Assembly: GCF_001735745.1 (NCBI RefSeq)
Contig: NZ_CP017260.1
Coordinates: 2,610,001-2,642,000 of the forward strand
DNA length: 32,000 nt
Direction of reading: 5' to 3'
DNA from: Formosa sp. Hel1_33_131
Lineage (GTDB): Bacteria > Bacteroidota > Bacteroidia > Flavobacteriales > Flavobacteriaceae
The notes under the pieces are model-generated. The model searched no databases, was not told where the DNA came from, and was given only the letters and a program-made list of their open reading frames with translations. Both the position numbers and the translations under genes were made by a program. Of this stretch, positions 7,042 to 16,400 are shown one piece after another (position 1 is the first letter of the stretch; every line of letters begins with the position of its first letter).

Positions 7042-8196
7042 ATGAATTCAATTTATTTAGATAATGCGGCGACTACCCAAGTCAGAGACGAAGTGATCGA
7101 TACGATGGCTGACGTCCTTAAGTCCAATTACGGAAACGCCTCCTCAACTCATGGTTATGGACGTTCCTCAAAATCAATTATTGAAAGTTGTCGCAAACGA
7201 ATTGCGTCTCACTTTAACGCGTTGGCTTCTGAAATTGTTTTTACTTCAGGAGGCACCGAAGCGGATAATTTAGTATTGAAATCTGCTGTTAAAGATTTGA
7301 AAGTAACTCACATTATTACTTCTAAAATTGAACACCATGCAGTCCTTCATACGGTGGAACAGTTGGAGAAGGACTATAAAATCAAAGTCAATTATGTTGC
7401 TATTTTAGCAGATGGGACTATTGACTATAACCATCTTGAAACGTTGTTAGAATCCACAGATAAAACTTTAGTTTCACTGATGCATGTCAATAATGAAATA
7501 GGGACTATTTTAGACCTTCAAAGAGTAGCCGATTTATGTAAGTCTAGGGACGCTCTTTTTCATAGTGATTCTGTGCAATCTGTTGGACATTACCATTTAG
7601 ATTTACAAGCCATTCCGATTGATTTTTTAGCTGCCAGTGCTCATAAATTTCACGGACCCAAAGGGATTGGTTTTGTGTTTATAAGAAAAAACTCAGGGCT
7701 CAAGCCTTTAATTCACGGAGGAATGCAAGAACGAGGTGTTCGTGCGGGAACTGAAAGTATTCATGATATTGTGGGCTTAGATACTTCCTTGGCATTAGCC
7801 TATGAGAACTTAGAGTCTGAAATGGCTCAAGTAAAGTCATTAAAATCCTATTTTGTAGAACAATTAAAAACTCAGATAGAAGGCGTCAAATTTAATGGAT
7901 GTTGTAGCGATTCTGAGAATAGCACTTACACACTAGTAAATGTGTGTTTGCCGGTTTCAGAAGCGAATGCGCCTATGTTTCTATTTCAATTGGATTTGAA
8001 GGGGATTGCCTGTTCTAAAGGCAGTGCTTGTCAGAGCGGAAGTGCTAAAGGCTCTCATGTATTGACACAAATTCTTTCGGAGGACGATCTCAAAAAACCA
8101 TCCATACGGTTTTCATTTAGTATTTATAATAGCAAAGAAGAGATTGATGCGGTTGTTGAAACACTTCAAACACTCATCAACACAACAGCTTCTTAA
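7042..8196 (+). CDS. cysteine desulfurase (class V aminotransferase, NifS/IscS-like)
   Basis: 384 aa. PLP-lysine motif SAHKFHGPKG and active-site Cys loop GSACQSGS. Confidence 0.9.
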   Translation: MNSIYLDNAATTQVRDEVIDTMADVLKSNYGNASSTHGYGRSSKSIIESCRKRIASHFNALASEIVFTSGGTEADNLVLKSAVKDLKVTHIITSKIEHHAVLHTVEQLEKDYKIKVNYVAILADGTIDYNHLETLLESTDKTLVSLMHVNNEIGTILDLQRVADLCKSRDALFHSDSVQSVGHYHLDLQAIPIDFLAASAHKFHGPKGIGFVFIRKNSGLKPLIHGGMQERGVRAGTESIHDIVGLDTSLALAYENLESEMAQVKSLKSYFVEQLKTQIEGVKFNGCCSDSENSTYTLVNVCLPVSEANAPMFLFQLDLKGIACSKGSACQSGSAKGSHVLTQILSEDDLKKPSIRFSFSIYNSKEEIDAVVETLQTLINTTAS

Positions 8197-10658
8197 AAAC
8201 GCATTCCTAATCTGACATTAAATACACGTGGTGTCAAATAGTTTGGAATTGAATATTGACGTTTAGAGTACACATCTCTTACCCACGTATTTGTAATGGA
8301 GTTTTGAACATCAAACATGTTAAAAATTTCCAAACCAATTGACAATTCTTCGAATGGTTTTCTCCATCCATTTTTGTTAGAATCTTTAGCATCAACAATC
8401 ACATAGGACATTCCAACATCGGCACGTTTATAATCAGGCAAACGGCTTTGGTAATCGTAGGGACTGGCATAACTAGGGGAGCCGCCAGGGACGCCTGTAT
8501 TATACACCAAGTTTAGATACATTTTCATTTTTGGAAGCTTCGGCACATAATCCTGAAAAAGAATTCCGAATTTCAAACGTTGATCGGTTGGGCGTGCAAT
8601 AAATCCTTGACCATTGATGTTTTCTTCCGTTTTTAAATATCCAAAAGAAAACCACGATTCAGTACCTGGAACAAACTCGCCATTTAATCGTAAATCCAAA
8701 CCATAAGCATACGCTTTTGCAGCGTTAGAAGCGTCATAACGTATGCGGACATTTTCAACCGTGTAAGGGTTGACATCCGACAGGTTTTTATAATAGGCTT
8801 CTGAGATGAGTTTAAAAGGACGTTCCCACATTTCAAAACTGTACTCGTTGGCAAGCACCACATGAATGGATTGTTGTGCTTTGACATCGCTATTGACAAT
8901 ACCATCACTGTCTCTGAGTTCTCTATAAAAAGGCGGTTGGTAATACAATCCACCACTCAAGCGAAACAACATATCTTTATTCCAATCAGGTTTAATCGCT
9001 AATTGTACGCGTGGGCTGAACACCGATTGTGTGGATTTCTCAATACCGTCCCCTTGTACCGTCCATGCGTGGTAGCGCACCCCAACATTGGCATAAACCT
9101 CATGATCTCCGAGCATCGTTCGGCGGTTCCATTGCCCGTAGGCTTGGACGCGGTTTATTTGTGTGTTGTTGGTCGCTCGGATGTTTTTATAAGGAGCTAA
9201 AGGGCCTTCGTATGCCGTGTAAGGTTGGTTGTTAAAACTGTCTAAATTTGGAGGGTTGATAGAAAATCCAGCTGAGTCAATCACTTCCCATTCCACAATT
9301 CGATCGCGGATATCTTCATGGGTATATTTTACAGACCATTCAAAATTATCGTCTCCAGATTTTAAATGTCCTTTATGCTCAACGTTTGTGATTAAGGCGT
9401 CTAGATCGTTTCGCGCATGGTTGATTTGTGATCCAATCCCTTCTGAAAATTCAACTTCTCCTAAACTTTCATCTCCAATATTACTATTCACTTCGCCCAA
9501 ACGGTACTGCGCTAGAATGTCAAAGTACTCTTGTTCGGTGGTGTGAAAGGTGGAAGCAATCAGTTTTAGTGTTAGATTTTCATTTGCGAAATAACTCCCT
9601 TTAAATGCACCGAAATAGGTGTTGTATTTATCGTTTTCTTGTCCTTCATAAAAAACCAATAATGCCAAAGGGTCTTGTAACGTTCCAAAGTTCGTTTGGC
9701 GGGTTCGAGGTTGGTAATTGTAATCGTTGATAGCTAAGTTTCCTAAAAAACTCAAATGAAACTTATCTGAAAATTTATAAGTAAGATAGGTTTGTATATC
9801 GGCAAACTTTGGAGTAAAATTGGTTTCGGTTTCTTTAGAATCGACCAAAAGACTATTGTCTCTGTAGCGAAGTCCCAGCAATGCTGAAAACTTAGAATCT
9901 TTACTTACGCTTTCAGCGGTAATACTGCCGCCTAATAAACTTAAATCTGCTTGAATTCCAAACTTAATGGGAGTTCTATAGGTAATGTCTAATACAGAGG
10001 ATAGCTTATCGCCATATTTTGCTTGAAAGCCACCGGCGGTGAAATCTAAATTCTGTACCATATCAGTATTCACAAAACTGAGTCCTTCTTGCTGCCCTGA
10101 ACGCACTAAAAACGGACGGTAAACTTCTATTTCATTGACATAGACGAGGTTTTCATCAAAATTACCACCTCTTACAGAATACTGGGTACTCAATTCATTT
10201 GAGATATTCACGCCCGGAAGTGTTTTTAATAAGTTTTCGACGCCCGGTTGTGCCCCTTTGATGGTGCGTATGATTTGAGGGGAAATTGTGGTAATCCCTT
10301 CCAACTCTTTTCGTTTGGAACCTGTAATTATAACCGTTTCAATCTGCTCGTAATTACTTTTTAAAACAGGATTAAATTCTAATTCTTCTCCATTTTTTAA
10401 ATTGAAGGGTGCTTCTAAATATTTGTAATTCAGATGAGAAAAACGAATTTTCACCTCTGTGTTGGCAGGGATTTTTAAAATATAAAACCCATTTATATTT
10501 GTTGTTGTACCACTGTTGTCTGAAACCACATTCACCCCTTCTAAAGGTTCGTTGAGTTCATTAAGCACAATGCCGCGTAGGGTAGCAGATTGCCCCATTG
10601 CCATTGCTGGTAAAATTAAAATAAAGAATAAAATCTGGTATGCAGTGATTGATTTCAA
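8193..10658 (-). CDS. TonB-dependent outer-membrane receptor with N-terminal carboxypeptidase-regulatory-like domain
   Basis: 821 aa. Signal peptide ends AMAMGQ. The N-terminus LRGIVLNELNEPLEGVNV is CarboxypepD_reg-like, followed by a plug region, and the C-terminus ends ...VRLGMRF with an aromatic residue. TTG start at 10658; a stop lies 4 codons upstream in frame. Confidence 0.85.
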   Translation of the reverse strand: MKSITAYQILFFILILPAMAMGQSATLRGIVLNELNEPLEGVNVVSDNSGTTTNINGFYILKIPANTEVKIRFSHLNYKYLEAPFNLKNGEELEFNPVLKSNYEQIETVIITGSKRKELEGITTISPQIIRTIKGAQPGVENLLKTLPGVNISNELSTQYSVRGGNFDENLVYVNEIEVYRPFLVRSGQQEGLSFVNTDMVQNLDFTAGGFQAKYGDKLSSVLDITYRTPIKFGIQADLSLLGGSITAESVSKDSKFSALLGLRYRDNSLLVDSKETETNFTPKFADIQTYLTYKFSDKFHLSFLGNLAINDYNYQPRTRQTNFGTLQDPLALLVFYEGQENDKYNTYFGAFKGSYFANENLTLKLIASTFHTTEQEYFDILAQYRLGEVNSNIGDESLGEVEFSEGIGSQINHARNDLDALITNVEHKGHLKSGDDNFEWSVKYTHEDIRDRIVEWEVIDSAGFSINPPNLDSFNNQPYTAYEGPLAPYKNIRATNNTQINRVQAYGQWNRRTMLGDHEVYANVGVRYHAWTVQGDGIEKSTQSVFSPRVQLAIKPDWNKDMLFRLSGGLYYQPPFYRELRDSDGIVNSDVKAQQSIHVVLANEYSFEMWERPFKLISEAYYKNLSDVNPYTVENVRIRYDASNAAKAYAYGLDLRLNGEFVPGTESWFSFGYLKTEENINGQGFIARPTDQRLKFGILFQDYVPKLPKMKMYLNLVYNTGVPGGSPSYASPYDYQSRLPDYKRADVGMSYVIVDAKDSNKNGWRKPFEELSIGLEIFNMFDVQNSITNTWVRDVYSKRQYSIPNYLTPRVFNVRLGMRF

Positions 10659-10670
10659 ATTGATATGGTG

Positions 10671-12359
10671 TTATTTTCTGTAAAACGTAGTTTCAAATGT
10701 AGAACTATTTCCAACATTATCGGTTACAATGATTTTTAAATTGTTTTTAGTGTCTGTAATCATCTCATCATTAAAATCATGAGTAAGCGTTTGTGTTTTA
10801 GTATCGTACTCCATTAAAATCCATTGATCGTTAATAGTCGCTCTGTAATTTTTGATTCCAGAAATTTCATCCGAAATCTTTATTTTTAGATAGCGATAAT
10901 TACTTATCCAACTGCCATTTTTAAAATTTATTGCTTTAATCATTGGGTTTTCATCATCAATTCCAAGAGTGTAATCCCCTAAATATTTGGTGCGTGCGGT
11001 CAATGTATTCCCTCGTTTTTTGGTAGGAGTGTAGTAGAGTTTGTTCCCATAGAGCGGCACACTTCCAATAAATAATTTATCCTTATCAGTGCCTTTATAT
11101 TGACTGATGTCAAAATTTATATTCATCGATTTCTGCAGAGGAATGATTGGTTTGTGGAGTTTTAGGGTGTCGTTTGTCACCTCAAAATTGATGGCAACAT
11201 CTTCGTAAAACGAGTCTTTATAAATTTGAACACTGACATGGTCTTTTTCTAAAATCGTTTCTTCAGAAGCAATGATTTGCTGAAGGTTCAGAGGGATTGG
11301 TTTGGTTTCTGGCAGTTCTTTTTTTAGCCCCTTAATTGGGATGCTTAAATCCGTTTGGTTGCCTTTAAAGTCACTGACGGTTATTTTGTATATGGAATTC
11401 GTGTCATCAATTATAGATACTATTCCTTGAGTGGTGTGGCTTTTAAGAAGTTTTAAGGGATTATTACTTTCAATGAATAATTTTTGAATTCGTTTTTTAG
11501 TTTCAAAAAAGTACCTGTAGTCAATGTAGCGGTTCAGGTGTTTGGTTTCATTAAATGAAAAACGTTTAAAATCAACCTCTAAACTTTTGGAGCCATTAAA
11601 GGTCGTTTTGATATGGTTAAGCCCATTTTTATTGGATGCAAAATCTTGTCTGTCTGTACTGATAATTCCAAACCCGATCTTGCCAAAGGCTGTAATTTGT
11701 TCTGTTTTGTAATGCCCGTTTGGGAGTTTTATAATTCTAATTTTTACTCTGGATGTTTCGCCATTGATATGACTTCCTTCAGATAATGGATATCCATACA
11801 ATTCATACACCAAAGGTTTGGTAGTATCCTTAATGTCAAAACCAAACAGCATGGGATTCATCGGTCGTTCTTGCTTATCTCTAATTTCAAAATGAAGGTG
11901 CGGCCCACCAGAACCGCCTGTATTTCCTGTGTAAGCGATGACTTCTTTAGCAGAAATTTTTAGATCTTTGGCTTTTGGAAACAGGTCCAATTCAAATAAT
12001 TCTTTGAGGTATTGTTGTTTTTTCACATAGGCTTCAATGGTTGGAGAAAATTTTTGAAGGTGTGCATAAACGGTTGTATAGCCGTTGGGGTGAGTGATAT
12101 ATAGCGCTTTTCCATAGCCATAGTGCGAGATTTTAATTCTACTCACATAGCCTGCCGCCGCCGCATACGTTTTAAATCCTTCTTTTCCTTGCGTTTTTAT
12201 ATCCAACCCAGAATGAAAATGATTAGAGCGAAGTTCGGCAAAAGTTCCCGACAGTACCAATGTAATATCTAGTGGGCTTGTGAAATAATCTTGAGGATAG
12301 GGGGTTTGTGCGTTACAAAATGAAACTACTAAAAAAAGTAAAAATGTACAAGCTTTCAT
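10671..12359 (-). CDS. M23 family metallopeptidase
   Basis: 562 aa with a signal peptide. M23 zinc motifs HFHSGLDI and GGPHLHFEIR. Confidence 0.85.
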   Translation of the reverse strand: MKACTFLLFLVVSFCNAQTPYPQDYFTSPLDITLVLSGTFAELRSNHFHSGLDIKTQGKEGFKTYAAAAGYVSRIKISHYGYGKALYITHPNGYTTVYAHLQKFSPTIEAYVKKQQYLKELFELDLFPKAKDLKISAKEVIAYTGNTGGSGGPHLHFEIRDKQERPMNPMLFGFDIKDTTKPLVYELYGYPLSEGSHINGETSRVKIRIIKLPNGHYKTEQITAFGKIGFGIISTDRQDFASNKNGLNHIKTTFNGSKSLEVDFKRFSFNETKHLNRYIDYRYFFETKKRIQKLFIESNNPLKLLKSHTTQGIVSIIDDTNSIYKITVSDFKGNQTDLSIPIKGLKKELPETKPIPLNLQQIIASEETILEKDHVSVQIYKDSFYEDVAINFEVTNDTLKLHKPIIPLQKSMNINFDISQYKGTDKDKLFIGSVPLYGNKLYYTPTKKRGNTLTARTKYLGDYTLGIDDENPMIKAINFKNGSWISNYRYLKIKISDEISGIKNYRATINDQWILMEYDTKTQTLTHDFNDEMITDTKNNLKIIVTDNVGNSSTFETTFYRK

Positions 12360-12488
12360 AAATTAGGATAGACTGCTAAATTATACAATTGAGAGTAAAT
12401 AGAAAAATAAAAAATCGCAGAGCACTCGAGATCCTATAAATAAATTAAAATTTAAGTTAAAACAATTGTGTTATTAAATATGGAATGT

Positions 12489-12496
12489 TAAATTTG
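12489..12496 (+). promoter_or_regulatory. candidate -7 box TAAATTTG
   Basis: Matches TAnnTTTG 24 nt upstream of ATG 12520, with a TTG at 12466-12468 at -33-like spacing. Confidence 0.35.
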
Positions 12497-12519
12497 TGAA
12501 ATAGGTATTGAAACTGTAA

Positions 12520-12810
12520 ATGAGCAAAATCGAGCTAATTGTCAATTCTTTAGAGCAAAAAGTGCAACGAGTTTTGCATGAACTGACTGAATTAAAAAAA
12601 GAGAACATGTTTTTAAAAGACGAATTACTCAAAACAAATGCTTTAAATGCGAAGCATTTGGAAGCACTTCAACAAAAAGAAGACGATTTTAAAACGCTTA
12701 AATTTGCAAATTCAATCCTTGGCAGTGACGAAAGTAAAAGAGAAACAAAACTTAAAATTAATACTTTAATCAAAGAAATCGATGATTGTATATCAAAGCT
12801 ATCCGATTAA
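12520..12810 (+). CDS. coiled-coil protein upstream of zapA (hypothetical)
   Basis: 96 aa with heptad-rich sequence (LEQKVQRVLHELTELKKENMFLKDELLK). It ends 12 bp before zapA. Any ZapB-like role is only a positional guess. Confidence 0.5.
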   Translation: MSKIELIVNSLEQKVQRVLHELTELKKENMFLKDELLKTNALNAKHLEALQQKEDDFKTLKFANSILGSDESKRETKLKINTLIKEIDDCISKLSD

Positions 12811-12822
12811 AGTTTACAGTTT

Positions 12823-13125
12823 ATGAGTGAACGGTTAAAAATAAAATTATCCATAGCCAATAGAGTATATCCATTGACTATCACTCCCGATCAAGAAGAA
12901 GGGCTTCGATTAGCCGCCCAAAAAATTGATGCGACTATAAAACAATTTGAGAAAAGTTACTCTGTTCAAGATAAGCAAGATGTATTGGCCATGTGTGCCC
13001 TTCAATTTGCAACTCAAAACGAACAAAAAACAATAGATAATACGAGTTTGAATGAAGATTTAGAAAGCCGTCTGATTGCTGTAGACGAATTATTAGACGC
13101 CCATTTAAACAACAACGTTCTTTAA
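12823..13125 (+). CDS. zapA: cell division protein ZapA
   Basis: 100 aa. IKLSIANRVYPLTITPDQEEGLRLAAQKIDATIKQF fits the ZapA family pattern. Confidence 0.75.
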   Translation: MSERLKIKLSIANRVYPLTITPDQEEGLRLAAQKIDATIKQFEKSYSVQDKQDVLAMCALQFATQNEQKTIDNTSLNEDLESRLIAVDELLDAHLNNNVL

Positions 13126-13141
13126 ATAACATTAGGTTACT

Positions 13142-13310
13142 GCCTATATTGATCATTTTTTTGATAAACTCAACGGAAATTCTTTAAAAAGGAGTGCGTT
13201 TAAGTTGTAAAAGCATGCTGTCTTGTTACAGATCCTTGATCAGCTTTTCAACTCTAAATCTTGTATTTATGGAGTTTATACAAAGACCAGATTGATGTAG
13301 GCTTTTTTTT
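13142..13310 (+). ncRNA. structured RNA candidate (6S-like RNA or rny 5' leader)
   Basis: Hand-folded. Helix 1: 13142-13154 pairs with 13290-13302 (13 bp, 3 G-U). After a 3x3 internal loop, helix 2: 13158-13163 pairs with 13281-13286 (6 bp). After a 1-nt bulge, helix 3: 13164-13171 pairs with 13272-13279 (8 bp). These enclose about 100 nt. A T8 tract (13303-13310) follows the closing helix. The 202-bp gap between zapA and rny has no ORF. Confidence 0.4.
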
Positions 13311-13327
13311 AAATTAAACTATCAACT

Positions 13328-14905
13328 ATGGAATCCAACATTATACTCATTGCTTTAGGTGCCGCCGTCGTAGGACTTGTCTTAGGATTGGTGATCTCTA
13401 AAGTTCGTGAAAAAAGCAACGCCTCTCAACTCACTAAAAATGCGAAACGAGAAGCAAACTCCATCATTTCAAAAGCAAAATCAGAGGGGGAATCAACAAA
13501 AAAGGATAAAATATTTCAAGCTAAAGAGCGTTTCTTAGAATTGAAATCTGAGCACGAACAAGTTATTTTGTCTAGAGAGAAGAAAATGGGAGATACTGAA
13601 AAACGTATCCGTGATAAAGAATCACAAATTTCGTCTGAACTTTCTAAATACAAAAAACTATCGACAGACTTTGAATCCAAAATCAAGGATTACGACCACC
13701 GTCTCGAAATTTTGAATAAACGTAAAGAGGAAGTTGATAAAGCCCATAAAGGTCAAATACTCCAACTGGAAGTTATTTCTGGTTTGTCTGCCGAAGATGC
13801 CAAGCATCAACTTGTAGAGTCTTTAAAATCGGAAGCAAAAAACGATGCCATGGTCTTTCTTCAAGATACAATGGAAGAAGCAAAGCTAACAGCAGAGCAA
13901 GACGCTAAGAAAATCATCATTAATACCATACAACGCATCGGAACAGAAGAAGCGGTTGACAATTGTGTGTCTGTATTTAATATAGAGTCAGACGATGTTA
14001 AAGGACGTATTATTGGTCGTGAAGGACGTAACATTAGAGCGATTGAAGCTGCTACGGGAGTTGAAATTATTGTGGATGATACACCGGAAGCAATTATCTT
14101 ATCCTGTTTTGATTCCGTTCGAAGAGAAGTGGCGCGTTTGTCCTTACACAAATTAGTAACGGATGGCCGTATTCACCCTGCTCGTATTGAGGAAATTGTA
14201 AAGAAAACACAGAAGCAAATAGAACAAGAAATCATTGAAGTTGGAAAACGTACAGTGATCGATTTAGGAATTCACGGTTTACACCCAGAATTAATTAAAA
14301 CGGTAGGACGTATGAAATACCGTTCGTCTTATGGTCAGAATCTATTACAACACTCCAGAGAAGTAGCCAAACTTTGTGGCGTGATGGCTGCCGAATTAGG
14401 CATTAATCCTAAGCTCGCCAAACGTGCGGGACTGCTTCACGATATTGGAAAGGTGCCAGATGCGGAAGCGGATATGGAAACGCCACACGCTATCTTAGGA
14501 ATGCAGTGGGCTGAAAAATACGGAGAAAATGCAGAAGTATGTAATGCCATTGGGGCTCACCACGACGAGATTGAAATGAAATCGTTAATGTCTCCAATTG
14601 TACAAGTTTGTGATGCTATTTCTGGAGCTCGTCCAGGGGCGCGCCGTCAAGTTTTAGATTCATACATCCAACGACTTAAAGATCTAGAAGAGATTGCTTT
14701 TGGGTTTAGTGGGGTTCAGAAAGCCTATGCGATTCAAGCCGGTCGTGAACTTCGTGTCATTGTCGAAAGTGAAAAAGTAAGTGATGAAAAAGCAGGGAAC
14801 TTATCGTTTGAAATTTCTCAGAAAATCCAGACAGATATGACCTATCCTGGACAAGTGAAAGTCACGGTGATTCGTGAAACACGTGCGGTGAATATTGCTA
14901 AATAA
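13328..14905 (+). CDS. rny: ribonuclease Y
   Basis: 525 aa. N-terminal TM helix, long coiled coil, KH motif ([15 protein letters not shown]) and HD domain (LLHDIGK...GAHHD). Confidence 0.95.
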   Translation: MESNIILIALGAAVVGLVLGLVISKVREKSNASQLTKNAKREANSIISKAKSEGESTKKDKIFQAKERFLELKSEHEQVILSREKKMGDTEKRIRDKESQISSELSKYKKLSTDFESKIKDYDHRLEILNKRKEEVDKAHKGQILQLEVISGLSAEDAKHQLVESLKSEAKNDAMVFLQDTMEEAKLTAEQDAKKIIINTIQRIGTEEAVDNCVSVFNIESDDVKGRIIGREGRNIRAIEAATGVEIIVDDTPEAIILSCFDSVRREVARLSLHKLVTDGRIHPARIEEIVKKTQKQIEQEIIEVGKRTVIDLGIHGLHPELIKTVGRMKYRSSYGQNLLQHSREVAKLCGVMAAELGINPKLAKRAGLLHDIGKVPDAEADMETPHAILGMQWAEKYGENAEVCNAIGAHHDEIEMKSLMSPIVQVCDAISGARPGARRQVLDSYIQRLKDLEEIAFGFSGVQKAYAIQAGRELRVIVESEKVSDEKAGNLSFEISQKIQTDMTYPGQVKVTVIRETRAVNIAK

Positions 14906-14959
14906 AAAAAAATTTTATAGAGATTAAAAGCAGGCTATTTAAAAAGTAGAATTTCTGTC

Positions 14960-15000
14960 ATTCTGAACCTGCCTGACGGTAGGCAGGTTTATTTCAGAAT
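14960..15000 (+). terminator. rho-independent terminator downstream of rny (nested palindrome)
   Basis: Inner stem 14966-14974 pairs with 14981-14989 (9 bp, loop GACGGT), followed by TTTATTT. Outer arms 14960-14965 and 14995-15000 also pair. Confidence 0.6.
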
Positions 15001-15082
15001 CTCAATTAAATAAATTCAATTTGTTATAGAATCTGAGACAAGCTCAGATTGACAAATCAACGCTTTTTTAAACGATCTCTTT

Positions 15083-15979
15083 TTAGCTCCTAGGATGAAA
15101 TTTCAGCATGGCGTCTTTTAGGTGGCTTTTATCAACGTGCATATAGATTTCGGTGGTTGTAATGCTTTCATGGCCCAACATCATCTGAATGGCTCTTAAA
15201 TCAGCACCATTTTCAAGAAGGTGGGTCGCAAAGGAATGCCTAAAGGTATGTGGAGAAATATTCTTTTCAATCCCTGCTTTTGCGCCTAAGGTTTTAACAA
15301 TGGTAAAAATCATTGCTCTGCTGAGTTGTTTTCCGCGTTGATTCAAAAATAAGGTGTCATTAAAAGCAGTTTCAATTTTTATTTGCTCGCGTACGTGGTT
15401 TTTATAAAGGTTGATATATTTTTGAGTGAGAGGGCCAATAGGTACAAAGCGTTGCTTGTTGCCTTTTCCGGTTACTTTGATGAAGCCTTCCTCAAAAAAT
15501 AAATCTGAAATTTTGAGTTCTGTAAGTTCACTCACACGAAGTCCGCAACTGTACAAGGTTTCAATAATGGCGCGGTTGCGTTCGCCTTGAGGACTGCTTA
15601 AATCTACTGCTGCTACAATGAGATCAATATCTTTAACGGATAGAGTATCGGGTAGTTTTCGTCCTATTTTTGGAGCTTCAATGCGTTCTAAAGGATTGGA
15701 CTCGCAATAGCTTTCAAAGATCAAGTAATCATAAAAACTTCGCAATCCAGATATAAGTCTCGATTGAGTTCGTGGATTTAGTTCTTTGGCCATTTCATAG
15801 ATAAACCCTTGCACGTGTTCTGTTGTAATCTGAAGAGGGTTTAATTGCATCTCGTGCGTTTCTAGATACAGCACCAATTTCTGAACGTCAAACGTATAGT
15901 TGTTGACGGTATGGATGGACATGCCGCGCTCAATTTTCAGATATAAAGCAAAATCTTTTAAGGCATTTTTCCACTTCAT
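15083..15979 (-). CDS. xerD: site-specific tyrosine recombinase XerD
   Basis: 298 aa. N-terminal SAM-like domain and a C-terminal catalytic region with R (GLRVSEL), HTFRHSFATHLL, GH and the ...TTEIYMHV Tyr motif. Confidence 0.85.
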   Translation of the reverse strand: MKWKNALKDFALYLKIERGMSIHTVNNYTFDVQKLVLYLETHEMQLNPLQITTEHVQGFIYEMAKELNPRTQSRLISGLRSFYDYLIFESYCESNPLERIEAPKIGRKLPDTLSVKDIDLIVAAVDLSSPQGERNRAIIETLYSCGLRVSELTELKISDLFFEEGFIKVTGKGNKQRFVPIGPLTQKYINLYKNHVREQIKIETAFNDTLFLNQRGKQLSRAMIFTIVKTLGAKAGIEKNISPHTFRHSFATHLLENGADLRAIQMMLGHESITTTEIYMHVDKSHLKDAMLKFHPRS

Positions 15980-16084
15980 TAGACTATCTTTTGAATACTT
16001 ATTATTTGATTAAAAAATTACCGCAGCTTGATAACAAATATAACAAAGGGATTTTATAAATGTGGACTTGGGCTTAAAAAACGA

Positions 16085-16117
16085 ATTCTGTTTTTAGTTT
16101 TTGACTAAAAACAGAAT
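16085..16117. other. perfect 14-bp inverted repeat (ATTCTGTTTTTAGT / ACTAAAAACAGAAT) with a 5-nt spacer
   Basis: Arms at 16085-16098 and 16104-16117. T-runs flank it on both strands (+: AGTGTTAGTTTTTTG; -: TCGTTTTTT). No converging gene ends here. Confidence 0.8.
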
Positions 16118-16400
16118 AGTGTTAGTTTTTTGTTTAAACATTAAAAAAATGCCTCAAACAAGACGTATTCTCTCTGTTTTTCGTTTGTTTTATTCTATTT
16201 TTTTAAATACATTTATTCCAGAATTCAGTCCCCAAGTCTAATTCTTCACAAATTAATTGAGTTTTAGTTTGCTGTTTTTTTTACAAGTTGAGGGCTATTT
16301 GAATAGTTTACAATAAACAGTTCACTATAGATAGTATTAAGAATTAAAGCGTCAAACTTCCTATGTACGAACAAATATTAAAATCTATTAAAACGTAGAT

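Noticed and set aside
8684-9546. ORFs 8684-8956 (-), 9003-9200, 9029-9235 and 9229-9546 (+) inside the TonB-dependent receptor gene
   Set aside because: They overlap the 821-aa receptor frame, which has coherent domain architecture. The alternatives show no motifs and are alternate-frame or antisense artefacts.
15030-15050. Second hairpin (ATCTGAG-ACAAG-CTCAGAT) as the xerD terminator
   Set aside because: The stem is real (7-8 bp), but it is not followed by a U-run on the - strand, so I did not call it a terminator.
15083-15979. XerD as the integrase of a mobile element
   Set aside because: Its length (298 aa) and motifs match the housekeeping XerD type. There are no flanking direct repeats or cargo. 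It is kept as a chromosomal recombinase, though the nearby palindrome is reported separately.
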